Shown piece by piece: positions 37,211 through 46,287 of a stretch of 64,000 nt of DNA. The stretch lies in NCBI GenBank assembly GCA_030059665.1, contig JANVYR010000003.1, forward strand, positions 32,001 through 96,000, in the 5' to 3' direction. Numbering within the stretch: the first letter of the stretch is position 1; each line of letters opens with the position of its first letter. The notes under the pieces were generated by a model. The model made no database searches. It had not been told where the DNA came from and worked only from the letters and a program-made list of their open reading frames with translations. This DNA is from Candidatus Calditenuis fumarioli (lineage in GTDB: Archaea; Thermoproteota; Nitrososphaeria_A; Caldarchaeales; Calditenuaceae). The position numbers and the translations under genes are program-made.

Positions 37211-39331
37211 ATGTCGGCCAGGCTTGCGGCGGGTCTGCGCTCCGTGTACGACGTCCTCAGGTCAATCGACAGGCGCGTCAGGGGCCTGGCTCTGGTGGAG
37301 CTGGCCGTGCTGGCGCTGGCGGTCTCGACGGCCTTCATGGTCAGGGTTCTTCCCGGTAGGTGGGGGCCCCTCCTGAGCGAGTTCGACCCCTGGTGGCACT
37401 ACACCGTCGCCAGGATGATCATAGAACGGGGCTGGTCCGGATTCTTCGAGTTCAGGAACCTCGTCGACACGATGTCGTGGTACCCTACCGGCCTGAACGT
37501 CGGCAGCACCTTCTACCCCGGAGTCTCCTTCGCGATGGCCTTCATCTACCTCGTCCTGAGCGGCCTCGGCATCAGCATCCAGCCCCTCGAGCTCGCGGCG
37601 GCCCTTCCGGTCTTCTACGGCATGGTGACGGTCGTGGTGATCTACCTCTTCGCGAGGTACCTGTTGGGCAGGGGACCGGCCCTGGCCGCGGCGCTTCTGC
37701 TAGCGGTGAGCAACGCCCACATCTCCAGGACCCACTACGGCTGGTTCGACGACGAGGCCCTATCGATACCGCTGATGCACGCGGGCTTCCTCCTCTTCCT
37801 GGTCGCGATCAACGAGCGGAGGTCCCTGAAGGGTGCTGCGATCTACGGTCTCCTGGCCGGTCTCTCCATCGGAGGCGTAGTGGCCACCTGGGGGGCCCAC
37901 AGGCTGGTGATCGTCCTGATCCCGGTCTACGCCGCGCTGCTGGTCTTCCTCGGGCGCTTCAGGCCCAACCTCCTGGTGGCCTACCTGGTAACCTTCGCGA
38001 CCTACGCGTTCGTCGCGGTGAACGTCCCCAAGCTCGGCCCAGGCTACTTCAAAGAGCTGAGCATGGCGGTCGGCTGGCTGGTCATCCCGTACCTCCTCCT
38101 CGGCCTCTACGCTCACCGGAGGTTGGACGAGACCAAGAGGTTGCTGGTGGTTCGGGGTACGGCGATCCTCGTTGCGGTCGTGTTCGTCGTCCTGCTCGCG
38201 CTCGGCTCGCTGGGCCTACCCCTGCTCAAGTTCTTCTCGGTTCTGGTCCCGGCGCTGAGGGGCGCGCTGCCGATAGTCCAGTCAGTCGCGGAGAACCAGC
38301 TCGCCACGTGGGGATCGCTCTTCCTCGACTTCGGCCCGGCTCTCTCGTTCGCGCTCCTGGGGATCTACCTGCTGGTGAAGAGGGGGACCGACGAGGCGAT
38401 CTTCCTGCTGCTGTACGCCGCCGCGGCCCTTTACGCTGCAGGCTCGATGGTGAGGCTTGCCCTGCCGACGTCACCGCTCGTCGTGGTCCTCGCCGGGCTC
38501 GGGCTCTCCCACCTCCTCGAGAGCTCCTTCAGGTCGGCCTTCGCGGTCCAGCTGAGGAGGCCCTCGTTCCAGGGAAGGACCTTCGTCGCCGTTCCACTTG
38601 TGGCGCTCCTGGTCCTCTCGCTTTACTACCTCCCGAGCGGCGCGGGCAACACGCTTCAGCTCTCCGGCATCGACGCGGCGAACGTCCCACCGACGGTCCT
38701 CACCAGCAGCGTCCCCACCAGGCAGCCGCTCCTCGACTGGGTTAGGGCAGCCGAGTGGATGAAGTACAACCTCCCGCCGACGGCGGTCGTCGCCTCCTGG
38801 TGGGACTACGGCAACTGGATATCAAGGCTCGGAGAGCGCAAGAGCATCGTCGACAACACTACCATCGACAGCAAGCGGATAGCGCTGATCGGATACGCAT
38901 TCATGTCGCCGCCTAACGTCAGCAAGGCCATCTTCCGGGAGCTCGGAGCAACGCACGTCCTGATCTTCATCACGTTCGCGCCATTCGTTGGGGGAACGCA
39001 GGGAGGGCAGCTGCTCTACTTCGGCGACGAGTCGAAGTGGTACTGGATGCTGAAGATAGCCAACCAGGAGGCGAAGAACCTGGGCCTCCAGCCGATCGAC
39101 GAGAACAGCCTCCTCGGCCCCGGCGGCTCTCCGGTCAACGCGCAGGACAAGTTCTGGCAGCAGACCACGCTCGGGCTGATGATACCCTACAGGCCCGTCA
39201 GGACAGGGACCCAGACCTACTTCGTCTACGATCCCCAGGACATCCCAGGGTTCAGACTCGTCTACTCATCGAGCCCGCCGTACAGCACGAACACCTACGC
39301 CTACGTCTACATCTACGAGATAACGGATTGA
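37211..39331 (+). CDS. aglB: Oligosaccharyltransferase STT3/AglB
   Basis: LSEFDPWWHY, WFDDE, SVAENQ, SWWDYG, DNTT. Confidence 0.95.
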   Translation: MSARLAAGLRSVYDVLRSIDRRVRGLALVELAVLALAVSTAFMVRVLPGRWGPLLSEFDPWWHYTVARMIIERGWSGFFEFRNLVDTMSWYPTGLNVGSTFYPGVSFAMAFIYLVLSGLGISIQPLELAAALPVFYGMVTVVVIYLFARYLLGRGPALAAALLLAVSNAHISRTHYGWFDDEALSIPLMHAGFLLFLVAINERRSLKGAAIYGLLAGLSIGGVVATWGAHRLVIVLIPVYAALLVFLGRFRPNLLVAYLVTFATYAFVAVNVPKLGPGYFKELSMAVGWLVIPYLLLGLYAHRRLDETKRLLVVRGTAILVAVVFVVLLALGSLGLPLLKFFSVLVPALRGALPIVQSVAENQLATWGSLFLDFGPALSFALLGIYLLVKRGTDEAIFLLLYAAAALYAAGSMVRLALPTSPLVVVLAGLGLSHLLESSFRSAFAVQLRRPSFQGRTFVAVPLVALLVLSLYYLPSGAGNTLQLSGIDAANVPPTVLTSSVPTRQPLLDWVRAAEWMKYNLPPTAVVASWWDYGNWISRLGERKSIVDNTTIDSKRIALIGYAFMSPPNVSKAIFRELGATHVLIFITFAPFVGGTQGGQLLYFGDESKWYWMLKIANQEAKNLGLQPIDENSLLGPGGSPVNAQDKFWQQTTLGLMIPYRPVRTGTQTYFVYDPQDIPGFRLVYSSSPPYSTNTYAYVYIYEITD

Positions 39332-39340
39332 GATCGGCTC

Positions 39341-40090
39341 TCAGCCGATGTAGGTCGGACCTCCCTCGCGCCTCTCGGTCTCTCCGGTCTCGGTGAAGGC
39401 CTCCTCCATCTGTTTGAGGAAGGCCTGCTGCCTGGCGATCTCCTCGTCGAGCTTGCTCGTATCGATCTGGATCTGGAGCAGCGAGGACATCACCTGGAGG
39501 AGCCTCTTCGCCGACCTGAAGTCGGGGAGGATCCCCTCGGTGTCCGCCAGCAACAGCAGCGTCTTGATCCCTTTGGTCATGGCCCTCCGCATCAGGGACG
39601 ATGTCAGCCGGTCGACAGGCAGCGCCTCCACCGACGAAAGGACCTTAGCTCCGCTCTCGATCGCCCTCCTCAAAACCGCTGGGTCGTTGGAGGCCGCGTA
39701 GACGTCGCCGGTTCCGGTGAGCCTGCCGCTCGTGACGACCATCAGCAGCTCGACGTCATCTAATCCGATCCGCTCGATCACGCTGCGCGCAACAGACTCT
39801 CCCGCCTCGGTCGACTCGACGATGAAGTTCCTGGTGAGGACGATCGCGTTGAGTCCGTCGGAGAGCTGGTGGAGCTCGACCACCGGGAGGCTCGAGACGC
39901 CCTCGGAGTCTATCAGGGAGACCTGGGGGAAGTGGGGCGAGAAGACCCTCAGCACCTTCTCCCCTTTCCGGGACTCGAGCAGCACCGTAGCCGATACCAG
40001 CCCAACCGCTCCCGGCGAAGGGCCCACGTCGATCAGGACCTTCCTGCCCCGCGCGATCGATCCGTGCTCCTCGATCAGCTCGAAGACCAA
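39341..40090 (-). CDS. PAC2-family (proteasome assembly chaperone-like) protein
   Basis: GPSPGAVGLVSA, VFSPHFPQV, PDFRSAKRLL, IDTSKLDEE, terminal YIG (HbYX-like). Confidence 0.8.
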   Translation of the reverse strand: MVFELIEEHGSIARGRKVLIDVGPSPGAVGLVSATVLLESRKGEKVLRVFSPHFPQVSLIDSEGVSSLPVVELHQLSDGLNAIVLTRNFIVESTEAGESVARSVIERIGLDDVELLMVVTSGRLTGTGDVYAASNDPAVLRRAIESGAKVLSSVEALPVDRLTSSLMRRAMTKGIKTLLLLADTEGILPDFRSAKRLLQVMSSLLQIQIDTSKLDEEIARQQAFLKQMEEAFTETGETERREGGPTYIG

Positions 40091-40266
40091 ACGCCCTCAC
40101 CGGTTTTCATCTCCGCAGGATAATAAGATTCCATGGTCCACCTGGGGACGGCACGGGAAGAGGGAGCTGTGGTTCGGCGAGCCGCTGTCGACCGTTGGAG
40201 GGCTTTGCGAGCGAGAGGTGATTTTGCGAAAACACGAGGGGTTTGTGGCGCTGTGCCTCTTCCCGG

Positions 40267-40692
40267 CTACGGCGGGTATATCTTGATCGCGAGGACGGGG
40301 CAAGCGGACTCGCAGGCCATGCAGAAGATGCAGTCCGACTCCCTCACCGGGTCCGACTTGTCGGTCCTGTACTTCTCCCAGAGCTCCTTGTCCTTCTCCG
40401 GGTCGATCACCCTGTCCTTGCCGCTCCCGGACTGGCCGGGGTTCAGGGCCCACTCGAAGACGTTGACGGGGCAGACGTCCATGCAGGCGCCGTCGGCGAC
40501 GCAGGAGTCCCAGTCAACCGCAACGACTGAGCCGTGGACCCCCAGCTTGGTCGGATACGGCTTCCCTTCCGCGTCGAGCCTCTGGACGCCCTCGCCCCAG
40601 ACGTCGTGGTTGTGGTGCGTCCCGGTCTTCGGGAGCTTGCTCTTGTAGTCCGGGTCTATTGGGGCCGACTTGAAGTCGACGGGCCTGACCAT
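40267..40692 (-). CDS. zfx: Zinc-containing dicluster ferredoxin
   Basis: IDPDY...HHNH...LGVHG, CVADGAC...CP ([3Fe-4S]-type) and CIFCMAC...CP ([4Fe-4S]). Confidence 0.9.
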   Translation of the reverse strand: MVRPVDFKSAPIDPDYKSKLPKTGTHHNHDVWGEGVQRLDAEGKPYPTKLGVHGSVVAVDWDSCVADGACMDVCPVNVFEWALNPGQSGSGKDRVIDPEKDKELWEKYRTDKSDPVRESDCIFCMACESACPVLAIKIYPP

Positions 40693-40791
40693 CGCGTCTC
40701 TTTCCGAGATAACCTGAGATATAAATGAGAATCGTCGACCTGAGTTCGTTTCGACGCGCGGAATTACCGGACCGGCATCCGCTGAGGCGCG

Positions 40792-41163
40792 CTAAGTTGG
40801 ACGCCTGGCTCCCGAGGGAGCTGACGGGTCGGTCGGCTCGAGCTCCCTGAAGAAGCAGGTCCTGTTGCCGGTGTGGCACGCGGGCCCCTTCGGCCTGACG
40901 AGGTAGAGCAGGGCGTCGCCGTCGCAGTCGACCAGGACCTTCACGACCTCCATCTCGTTCCCGGACTCCTCTCCCTTCCTCCAGAGCTTCCGCCTCGACC
41001 TGCTCCAGAAGTAGGCCTTTCGCTCCGCGAGCGTCCTGCGCACCGCCTCTTCGTTCGCGAAGGCCACCATCAGCACCTCACCCGAATCGTGGTCCTGGAC
41101 CACCACCGTCACAAGGCCGTTCAGCTTGGAGAAGTCGAGCGAGTCCAGTCCGGCCGAGCTCAC
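40792..41163 (-). CDS. hisI: Phosphoribosyl-AMP cyclohydrolase
   Basis: FWSRSRRKLWRKGEESGN, DCDGDA, ACHTGNRTCF. Confidence 0.96.
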   Translation of the reverse strand: MSSAGLDSLDFSKLNGLVTVVVQDHDSGEVLMVAFANEEAVRRTLAERKAYFWSRSRRKLWRKGEESGNEMEVVKVLVDCDGDALLYLVRPKGPACHTGNRTCFFRELEPTDPSAPSGARRPT

Positions 41164-41927
41164 AGCCTCACCTCCAGCCCCCTCGAGGCCAGGTACTCCT
41201 TGACCTGTCTGACGGAGAAGCGGCCGAAGTGGAAGACCGAGGCCGCGAGGACCGCGTCAGCCCCGCCGTCAACGATCGCCCTGTAGAAGTCCTCGAGGGA
41301 ACCAGCTCCACCGCTGGCGATCACGGGGATGCCGACGGAGTCCGAGATCCTCCTGAGGAGCTCGACGTCGTACCCCGCCTGTCGACCGTCCATGTCTATC
41401 GAGGTGACCAGCAGCTCGCCGGCGCCCAGCTCCTCGGCCCGCCTCGCCCACTCCTCCGCGGTGTACCTCGTCGGCCTCGTCCCCGAGTGGGTGTAGACCC
41501 TGTACGCGACGCCCTCGCCCTGAGCCTCCCTCTTGGCGTCTATGGCGACGACCACGCACTGGTCTCCGTACCTCCTCGCGATGGACCTCACGAGGTCAGG
41601 CCTCTCGACAGCCATCGTGTTCACCGAGACCTTATCGGCGCCGTTCCTGAGGAGGGCCTCCGCGTCCTCGAGGGTCCTGATCCCACCACCCACCGTGAAG
41701 GGGATGTCCAGCTCCGACGCGACTCGCCTGACCACCTCCACCATGGTCCTCCTGCCCTCGAGCGTCGCGGATATGTCGAGGAAGACCAGCTCGTCAGCTC
41801 CTTCCTCGGCATACCTCCTGCCCAGCTCCACCGGGTCACCCGCGTCCCTCAGGTCCCTGAAGGAGATGCCCTTCACGACCCTGCCGTTCTCGACGTCCAG
41901 GCACGGTATCACCCTCTTCGCCACCAT
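41160..41927 (-). CDS. hisF: Imidazole glycerol phosphate synthase cyclase subunit
   Basis: KRVIPCLDV, GADELVFLDI, TVGGGIR, VVAIDAK, TSIDMDG, IASGGAG. Confidence 0.97.
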   Translation of the reverse strand: MVAKRVIPCLDVENGRVVKGISFRDLRDAGDPVELGRRYAEEGADELVFLDISATLEGRRTMVEVVRRVASELDIPFTVGGGIRTLEDAEALLRNGADKVSVNTMAVERPDLVRSIARRYGDQCVVVAIDAKREAQGEGVAYRVYTHSGTRPTRYTAEEWARRAEELGAGELLVTSIDMDGRQAGYDVELLRRISDSVGIPVIASGGAGSLEDFYRAIVDGGADAVLAASVFHFGRFSVRQVKEYLASRGLEVRL

Positions 41928-41938
41928 CCGGCAGACCG

Positions 41939-42979
41939 ATGAGGGGCGTGCATATCTCCCTTCCATTGCCGCGCGATGAAACGAGGGTTATTGACCCGGT
42001 ACTGCGTACGTGCCACGGGCTGATGGAGAGGGGCCTGGTGGAGCTCGAGGCGACGGTCGAGAGGCTGAGGGAGGAGATAGACCGGCACATCCGCCGGAGG
42101 CTAAGCGAGAGGCCCGACAGCAGGATCGTCAGCTCGATCCTCGAGGGAGGCAAGAGGCTCAGGCCGGTCTTCCTGATGCTGGTCTTCGAGGCGCTGGGCG
42201 GCAAGGAGAGGGAGACGGCGCTGGACGTGGCATACGCGCTGGAGCTGGCCCACAACGCCTCCCTCGTCCACGACGACGTGATAGACATGGACCTTTTCAG
42301 GAGGGGGAGGCCGGCACTGTGGCGCAGGATCGGGATAGGCAGGGCGGTCATCGAGGGCCACAGGATCATCAACGCCGCCTTCTCAACGGCCCTGGAGAAG
42401 GGCGTGGAGATAGCCCGGATCTTCCTGGAGGCCTGGGACAAGGCATCGATGGGCGTCCTGGACGAGATCGTCTCCACCAGGCCGCCTTCCGAGATGTTCT
42501 ATCTCCGGCTGATAGAGAACAAGACCGGCAGTTTGTTCGCCGCAGCGGCTGAGTCGGCCGCGGTGTGCGCGGACGCGCCACCGGAGCTGAGGGCCGCATT
42601 GAAGCGCTACGGCCTACTGGTTGGGACCATCTACCAGCTCGCCGACGACGTCGTCGACCTCGTCCACAGGAGGTCCGTACCTGTGAGCCTGAGCCTCCTC
42701 ATGAGGCAGCTCGAGGACGCCTTCGCCAAGGCGGTGATCGCGCTCAGAACCGGCTCCCTCCGGGAGGCTCTCAGGTTCCTGAGGGTTCCGAGGAACGACC
42801 TCAACTTCTTCACCTCGCTGATGGAGAGGAAGCTGAGGGAGCTGGACGCGTTGGTCGAGGAGCTGCCGATCGCACCCGAAGGGAAGGAGAAGCTGAGGCT
42901 CTTCCCGAGGTACTGCGTCAGGGAGATGTTGAGGGAGGGCAGGGTGAGGGCCGATGAGGTGCAGCTCCTGCGGCTGTGA
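41939..42979 (+). CDS. Polyprenyl (geranylgeranyl) diphosphate synthase
   Basis: GGKRLRP, HNASLVHDDVID..RRG (FARM), KTGSLF, YQLADD (SARM). Confidence 0.9.
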   Translation: MRGVHISLPLPRDETRVIDPVLRTCHGLMERGLVELEATVERLREEIDRHIRRRLSERPDSRIVSSILEGGKRLRPVFLMLVFEALGGKERETALDVAYALELAHNASLVHDDVIDMDLFRRGRPALWRRIGIGRAVIEGHRIINAAFSTALEKGVEIARIFLEAWDKASMGVLDEIVSTRPPSEMFYLRLIENKTGSLFAAAAESAAVCADAPPELRAALKRYGLLVGTIYQLADDVVDLVHRRSVPVSLSLLMRQLEDAFAKAVIALRTGSLREALRFLRVPRNDLNFFTSLMERKLRELDALVEELPIAPEGKEKLRLFPRYCVREMLREGRVRADEVQLLRL

Positions 42980-43089
42980 GGTCCGGCGCCCGAACGTGCT
43001 AGGCGGGAAGATCTTATGTGACGATTGCTACGCTCGCCTCTCGGCGAAGGAGGACGGTCCGGTCTGCGCCCACTGAAAAGGGGTTCCGC

Positions 43090-44670
43090 ATGACGACGGT
43101 CATCGACCTGCTGGCCGCGCTCGGCGCCTCCTGGGCCAGGATAGGCGCTGCGCTGCTCCTCTCGATGGCCGCAGCGATCCTGATAGGCACCTCTGCGGCC
43201 GTCAACAGGAGGCTCGAGGCGGTGATAATACCTGCGCTGGACGTGCTCCAGAGCGTTCCGATCCTCGGATTCTTCCCGCTCGCGATAGCGCTGCTCGTCA
43301 CGGTCTCCCCGGTCATAGGGCCGGAGCTCGCGGCGCTCTTCCTGATCTTCACCTGCACCTTCTGGAACTTCGCCTTCTCGGTCTACGAGGCGGTCCGGAA
43401 CGTGCCCGTCGAGATCCGGGAGGCGCTCAGGCTCTGGGGCGTGCCGCTTCTCGACAGGTTCAGACACGTCTACCTCCCCGTCGCGATACCGAGGCTCGCC
43501 TCCAACCTGCAGCCCTCCACCGCCAACGCCTGGTTCTTCCTTACGGCCAGCGAGGTGATGTCTATCGGCGAGAAGGAGTACCGCGTCTTCGGGGTCGGCT
43601 CCCTCACCGCTGACCTGATCGGTAAAGGGGACTGGTCGTTGACGTTGCTCGTGCTGGCCATGACGCTGACCTCGATAGGTATCGTCCAGTACGCGGTTTA
43701 CGTCCCACTGGCTGACTGGGCCAGCCGCTTCGTGACCGAGCCGGGGGCTGCTACGAGGCCGAGGATCTTCGTCGGTCTCACCGCGATAGGGAGGGGTTTC
43801 AGGACCTTCGGGCAAGGGATCGCCACGATCTCGAGGGTCAGGCAACTGAGGGTTCCGCTGCAGGTCCACTTCGTGCCCCAGCTGGAGAGGTACAGGACCG
43901 CCTTCCTCTCCCTCACGGCGCTCCTGGTGATAGGCACTGCCTTCAGCACGTTGCTGATCCGCTACTCGGGCGACCTGATAGGGCAGGCGCTCCTTCTGGC
44001 AAGGCGCTTCTCCACCGCAGACTGGTATCTGATCGGAACGTCCCTAGGCCTCTCCACCGTCAGGGTGGCCGCGGTGCTCCTCATCTCCCTGCTCTGGTCC
44101 GTGCCGCTCGCGTACCTCCTATCGGTCGACCAGTCGAAGAGGAGGAGGGCACTGCCGGTGCTCCAGGTCCTCGTGTCGGTCCCAGCTCCCCTGCTGTATC
44201 CCGTCATAGCGCCGGCCTTCGCATCGCTCGGAGCTTTCGGGACGGAGATCGGGGCTGTGGTTATGATGCTGATGGGCTCGCAGTACTACGTGTTCTACGG
44301 GACGCTACAGGGCTTCATGGGCGTCGACCCCTCTTACCGGGAGCTGGTCAGGCTCAGCGGCCTCGGCCTCTGGAAGTCGATGCGCCTCGTGTACCTGCCC
44401 TTGGCGATGCCATCGATCGTGACCGGATTGATCACCGCAGCCGGTGGGGCCTGGAACGCGACCGTGGTGGCCGAGAGGTTGAAGCTCGGGGACGCCGTCT
44501 ATGAGACTGAGCTTCCCGGACTCGGCAAGGCGATCTCGGAGGCGGCCTCGGCCGGTGACGTCCACGGGCTCCTGATGCTGGTGATCGTGATGACCGGTTT
44601 CATCGTCCTCCTGAACAGGACCCTCTGGGCCCAGGCCTACTCGAGGAGCATAGAGGCCGTCTCAGGTTGA
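43090..44670 (+). CDS. NitT/TauT-family ABC permease, duplicated-domain type
   Basis: LDVLQSVPILGFFP and two EAA-like loops (REALRLWG, YRELVRLSGL)...AWNATVVAE. Confidence 0.85.
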   Translation: MTTVIDLLAALGASWARIGAALLLSMAAAILIGTSAAVNRRLEAVIIPALDVLQSVPILGFFPLAIALLVTVSPVIGPELAALFLIFTCTFWNFAFSVYEAVRNVPVEIREALRLWGVPLLDRFRHVYLPVAIPRLASNLQPSTANAWFFLTASEVMSIGEKEYRVFGVGSLTADLIGKGDWSLTLLVLAMTLTSIGIVQYAVYVPLADWASRFVTEPGAATRPRIFVGLTAIGRGFRTFGQGIATISRVRQLRVPLQVHFVPQLERYRTAFLSLTALLVIGTAFSTLLIRYSGDLIGQALLLARRFSTADWYLIGTSLGLSTVRVAAVLLISLLWSVPLAYLLSVDQSKRRRALPVLQVLVSVPAPLLYPVIAPAFASLGAFGTEIGAVVMMLMGSQYYVFYGTLQGFMGVDPSYRELVRLSGLGLWKSMRLVYLPLAMPSIVTGLITAAGGAWNATVVAERLKLGDAVYETELPGLGKAISEAASAGDVHGLLMLVIVMTGFIVLLNRTLWAQAYSRSIEAVSG

Positions 44671-45303
44671 CTCGACGACGAACCTCCCCCACATTCCGAG
44701 ACTGACGTGCCCGGGAACGTTGCAGACGTAGTAGTAGGTCCCCTCCTTATCGGCGACGAAGTATACGGTCACCGAGGAGCCAGGCGGAATCGGGTTCCTC
44801 GGCGTTCCGGCCGCTGCACCTCTGAAGACAGGCTCCGCGTTGGGGTCCTCCCTCAGCTCCCGCACAACCGTCAGGACGTGAACCGCTTGGCCGACGTTCA
44901 CCACCGTCAGCTTGACCAGGGATCCGACCTTCACCCTCAGCTCAGGACCAGGTGAGAGTATCGAGTCGGGCCGCAGGCCGAAGCCGAAGTCGCCGGCGTA
45001 GACCGTCAGCTCGACGTCCGGGCTCCTCGAGGGCGGTGTCGGTTGCTGTGGCTGCTGGGGCACCGCACCACCTCCACTCATCCACTGCATGCACGGGCAC
45101 CAGCCCATCATGTACCCCATCATCCCTCCCATCATTGATCCCATCATGTTCCACCTTCCCATCGTTCCTGCGGGAGGGACAGGAGAGGTGTCACGGGACC
45201 ACCACATAGGTCCCCACCAGAACGCGTAAGCACCGATCACCAGCACCGCCGCTGCCAGCACCGACACCGCGACCACCAGCACGAGGACGGTCCTGTCGTC
45301 CAA
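44662..45303 (-). CDS. Membrane-anchored blue copper protein (rusticyanin/sulfocyanin-like cupredoxin) with Met-rich linker
   Basis: N-terminal TM, then MMGSMMGGMMGYMMGWCPCM, then type-1 Cu ligands H...GTYYYVCNVPGHVSLGM. Confidence 0.9.
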   Translation of the reverse strand: MDDRTVLVLVVAVSVLAAAVLVIGAYAFWWGPMWWSRDTSPVPPAGTMGRWNMMGSMMGGMMGYMMGWCPCMQWMSGGGAVPQQPQQPTPPSRSPDVELTVYAGDFGFGLRPDSILSPGPELRVKVGSLVKLTVVNVGQAVHVLTVVRELREDPNAEPVFRGAAAGTPRNPIPPGSSVTVYFVADKEGTYYYVCNVPGHVSLGMWGRFVVEST

Positions 45304-45353
45304 CCTGGCTCACCTCACCGTTTAGTGGTCGGACCTGATAGAAATGGGGTGCG

Positions 45354-45382
45354 CGAAACGGTGTGAAACGTCGATCGTTTCG
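45354..45382. promoter_or_regulatory. GAAACG/CGTTTC repeat array (candidate operator 1)
   Basis: CGAAACG 45354-45360, GAAACG 45365-45370 and inverted CGTTTCG 45376-45382. Confidence 0.55.
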
Positions 45383-45433
45383 GACGTTGCTTTCACCTGG
45401 AAGGCGTAAATCCACGCAGTCGCAGCTCATTCT

Positions 45434-45718
45434 GTGGTCCACCGGCTCGAGCTCTTCGTCGGAGGATGTCCCATCTGCGAGGAGGTGCTCAAGGAGGTTA
45501 CGGTGGGGAAGTGCGCCGGCTGCGCGCTCGAGGTGTATGACCTCACGAGGCAGTACGCTGAGGTTGCAGGCAAGTTGAGGGAGTACCGGATCAGGTGCGT
45601 ACCGACGCTGGTCATCGACGGCCGCATCAGGATCGAAGGGAAAACCGCAGTTCGCGCTCATCTGCGACGACGAAATGTACCGGTTCCTCGAGGAGAACTA
45701 CCGCATGCGCTGATCTGA
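45434..45718 (+). CDS. Thioredoxin/glutaredoxin-like protein, probably +1 frameshifted at 45641-45644
   Basis: CPIC, second CAGC, cis-Pro VPTLVIDG. An alternative-frame C-terminus PQFALICDDEMYRFLEENYRMR ends at 45713. Confidence 0.75.
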   Translation: MVHRLELFVGGCPICEEVLKEVTVGKCAGCALEVYDLTRQYAEVAGKLREYRIRCVPTLVIDGRIRIEGKTAVRAHLRRRNVPVPRGELPHALI

Positions 45719-45722
45719 CAAG

Positions 45723-46175
45723 TCACTGTCCCGATGCTCTCTGCCTCAGCCTGACGATTTTCGTGCGGCCGTAGGGCTGGGTGGTCACGACGCCCCTCCT
45801 CTCCAGCTCCCTCACGAGCCTGTGGGCCCTGACCCTCGATATCCCGAGCTCCCTCGCCAGGTCCCGCTGCGTCACCTCTCCCCTCTCCGAGAGGAGCGCC
45901 ACTACCTTCCTCTCCTCGTCGAGGAGGGCCGACGGCACCTCTCCCCTCCCGCGCGTCCCAGGGGCGTTCACCAGCACAGCCAGTGTCACCGCGACCCCGA
46001 CGAGGCCCACGACGACGAGGAAGCCGAACGCTGGTCCGAACGGCATCATCGCTGCGCACATCGGGCACATCCTAGCCATCTCGGGTGAGGCGTGAAACGA
46101 GATCATCACCGCGAACGGCAGCACCAGCACGACCAGAGAGGCGGTCAGCGCCGCGATAAGGAAGGCCTTCTCCAC
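45723..46175 (-). CDS. Membrane-anchored winged-helix transcription regulator (two TM helices plus C-terminal MarR/Lrp-like wHTH)
   Basis: TM-loop(MARMCPMCAAMMP)-TM, then DEERKVVALL..GEVTQRDLARELGISRVRAHRLVRELERRGVV...GRTKIV. Confidence 0.85.
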   Translation of the reverse strand: MEKAFLIAALTASLVVLVLPFAVMISFHASPEMARMCPMCAAMMPFGPAFGFLVVVGLVGVAVTLAVLVNAPGTRGRGEVPSALLDEERKVVALLSERGEVTQRDLARELGISRVRAHRLVRELERRGVVTTQPYGRTKIVRLRQRASGQ

Positions 46176-46229
46176 ACCCCTCCGGTGAGGAACCGAGCAT
46201 ATAGGCGTGAAGGCGACGAGGTTGACGAC

Positions 46230-46248
46230 CGTTTCGGAGCGTTTCGCG
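46230..46248 (+). promoter_or_regulatory. CGTTTC-N4-CGTTTCGCG (candidate operator 2) just upstream of GATAATTA TATA
   Basis: CGTTTCG at 46230-46236 and 46240-46246. Confidence 0.55.
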
Positions 46249-46287
46249 AAGGATAATTACGCCGGTGCGGTCCTGGCGGTGCTGCGG

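Noticed and set aside
45095-45150. Short tandem ccatcat repeats
   Set aside because: They encode the MMG repeats of the cupredoxin linker and are covered in that finding.
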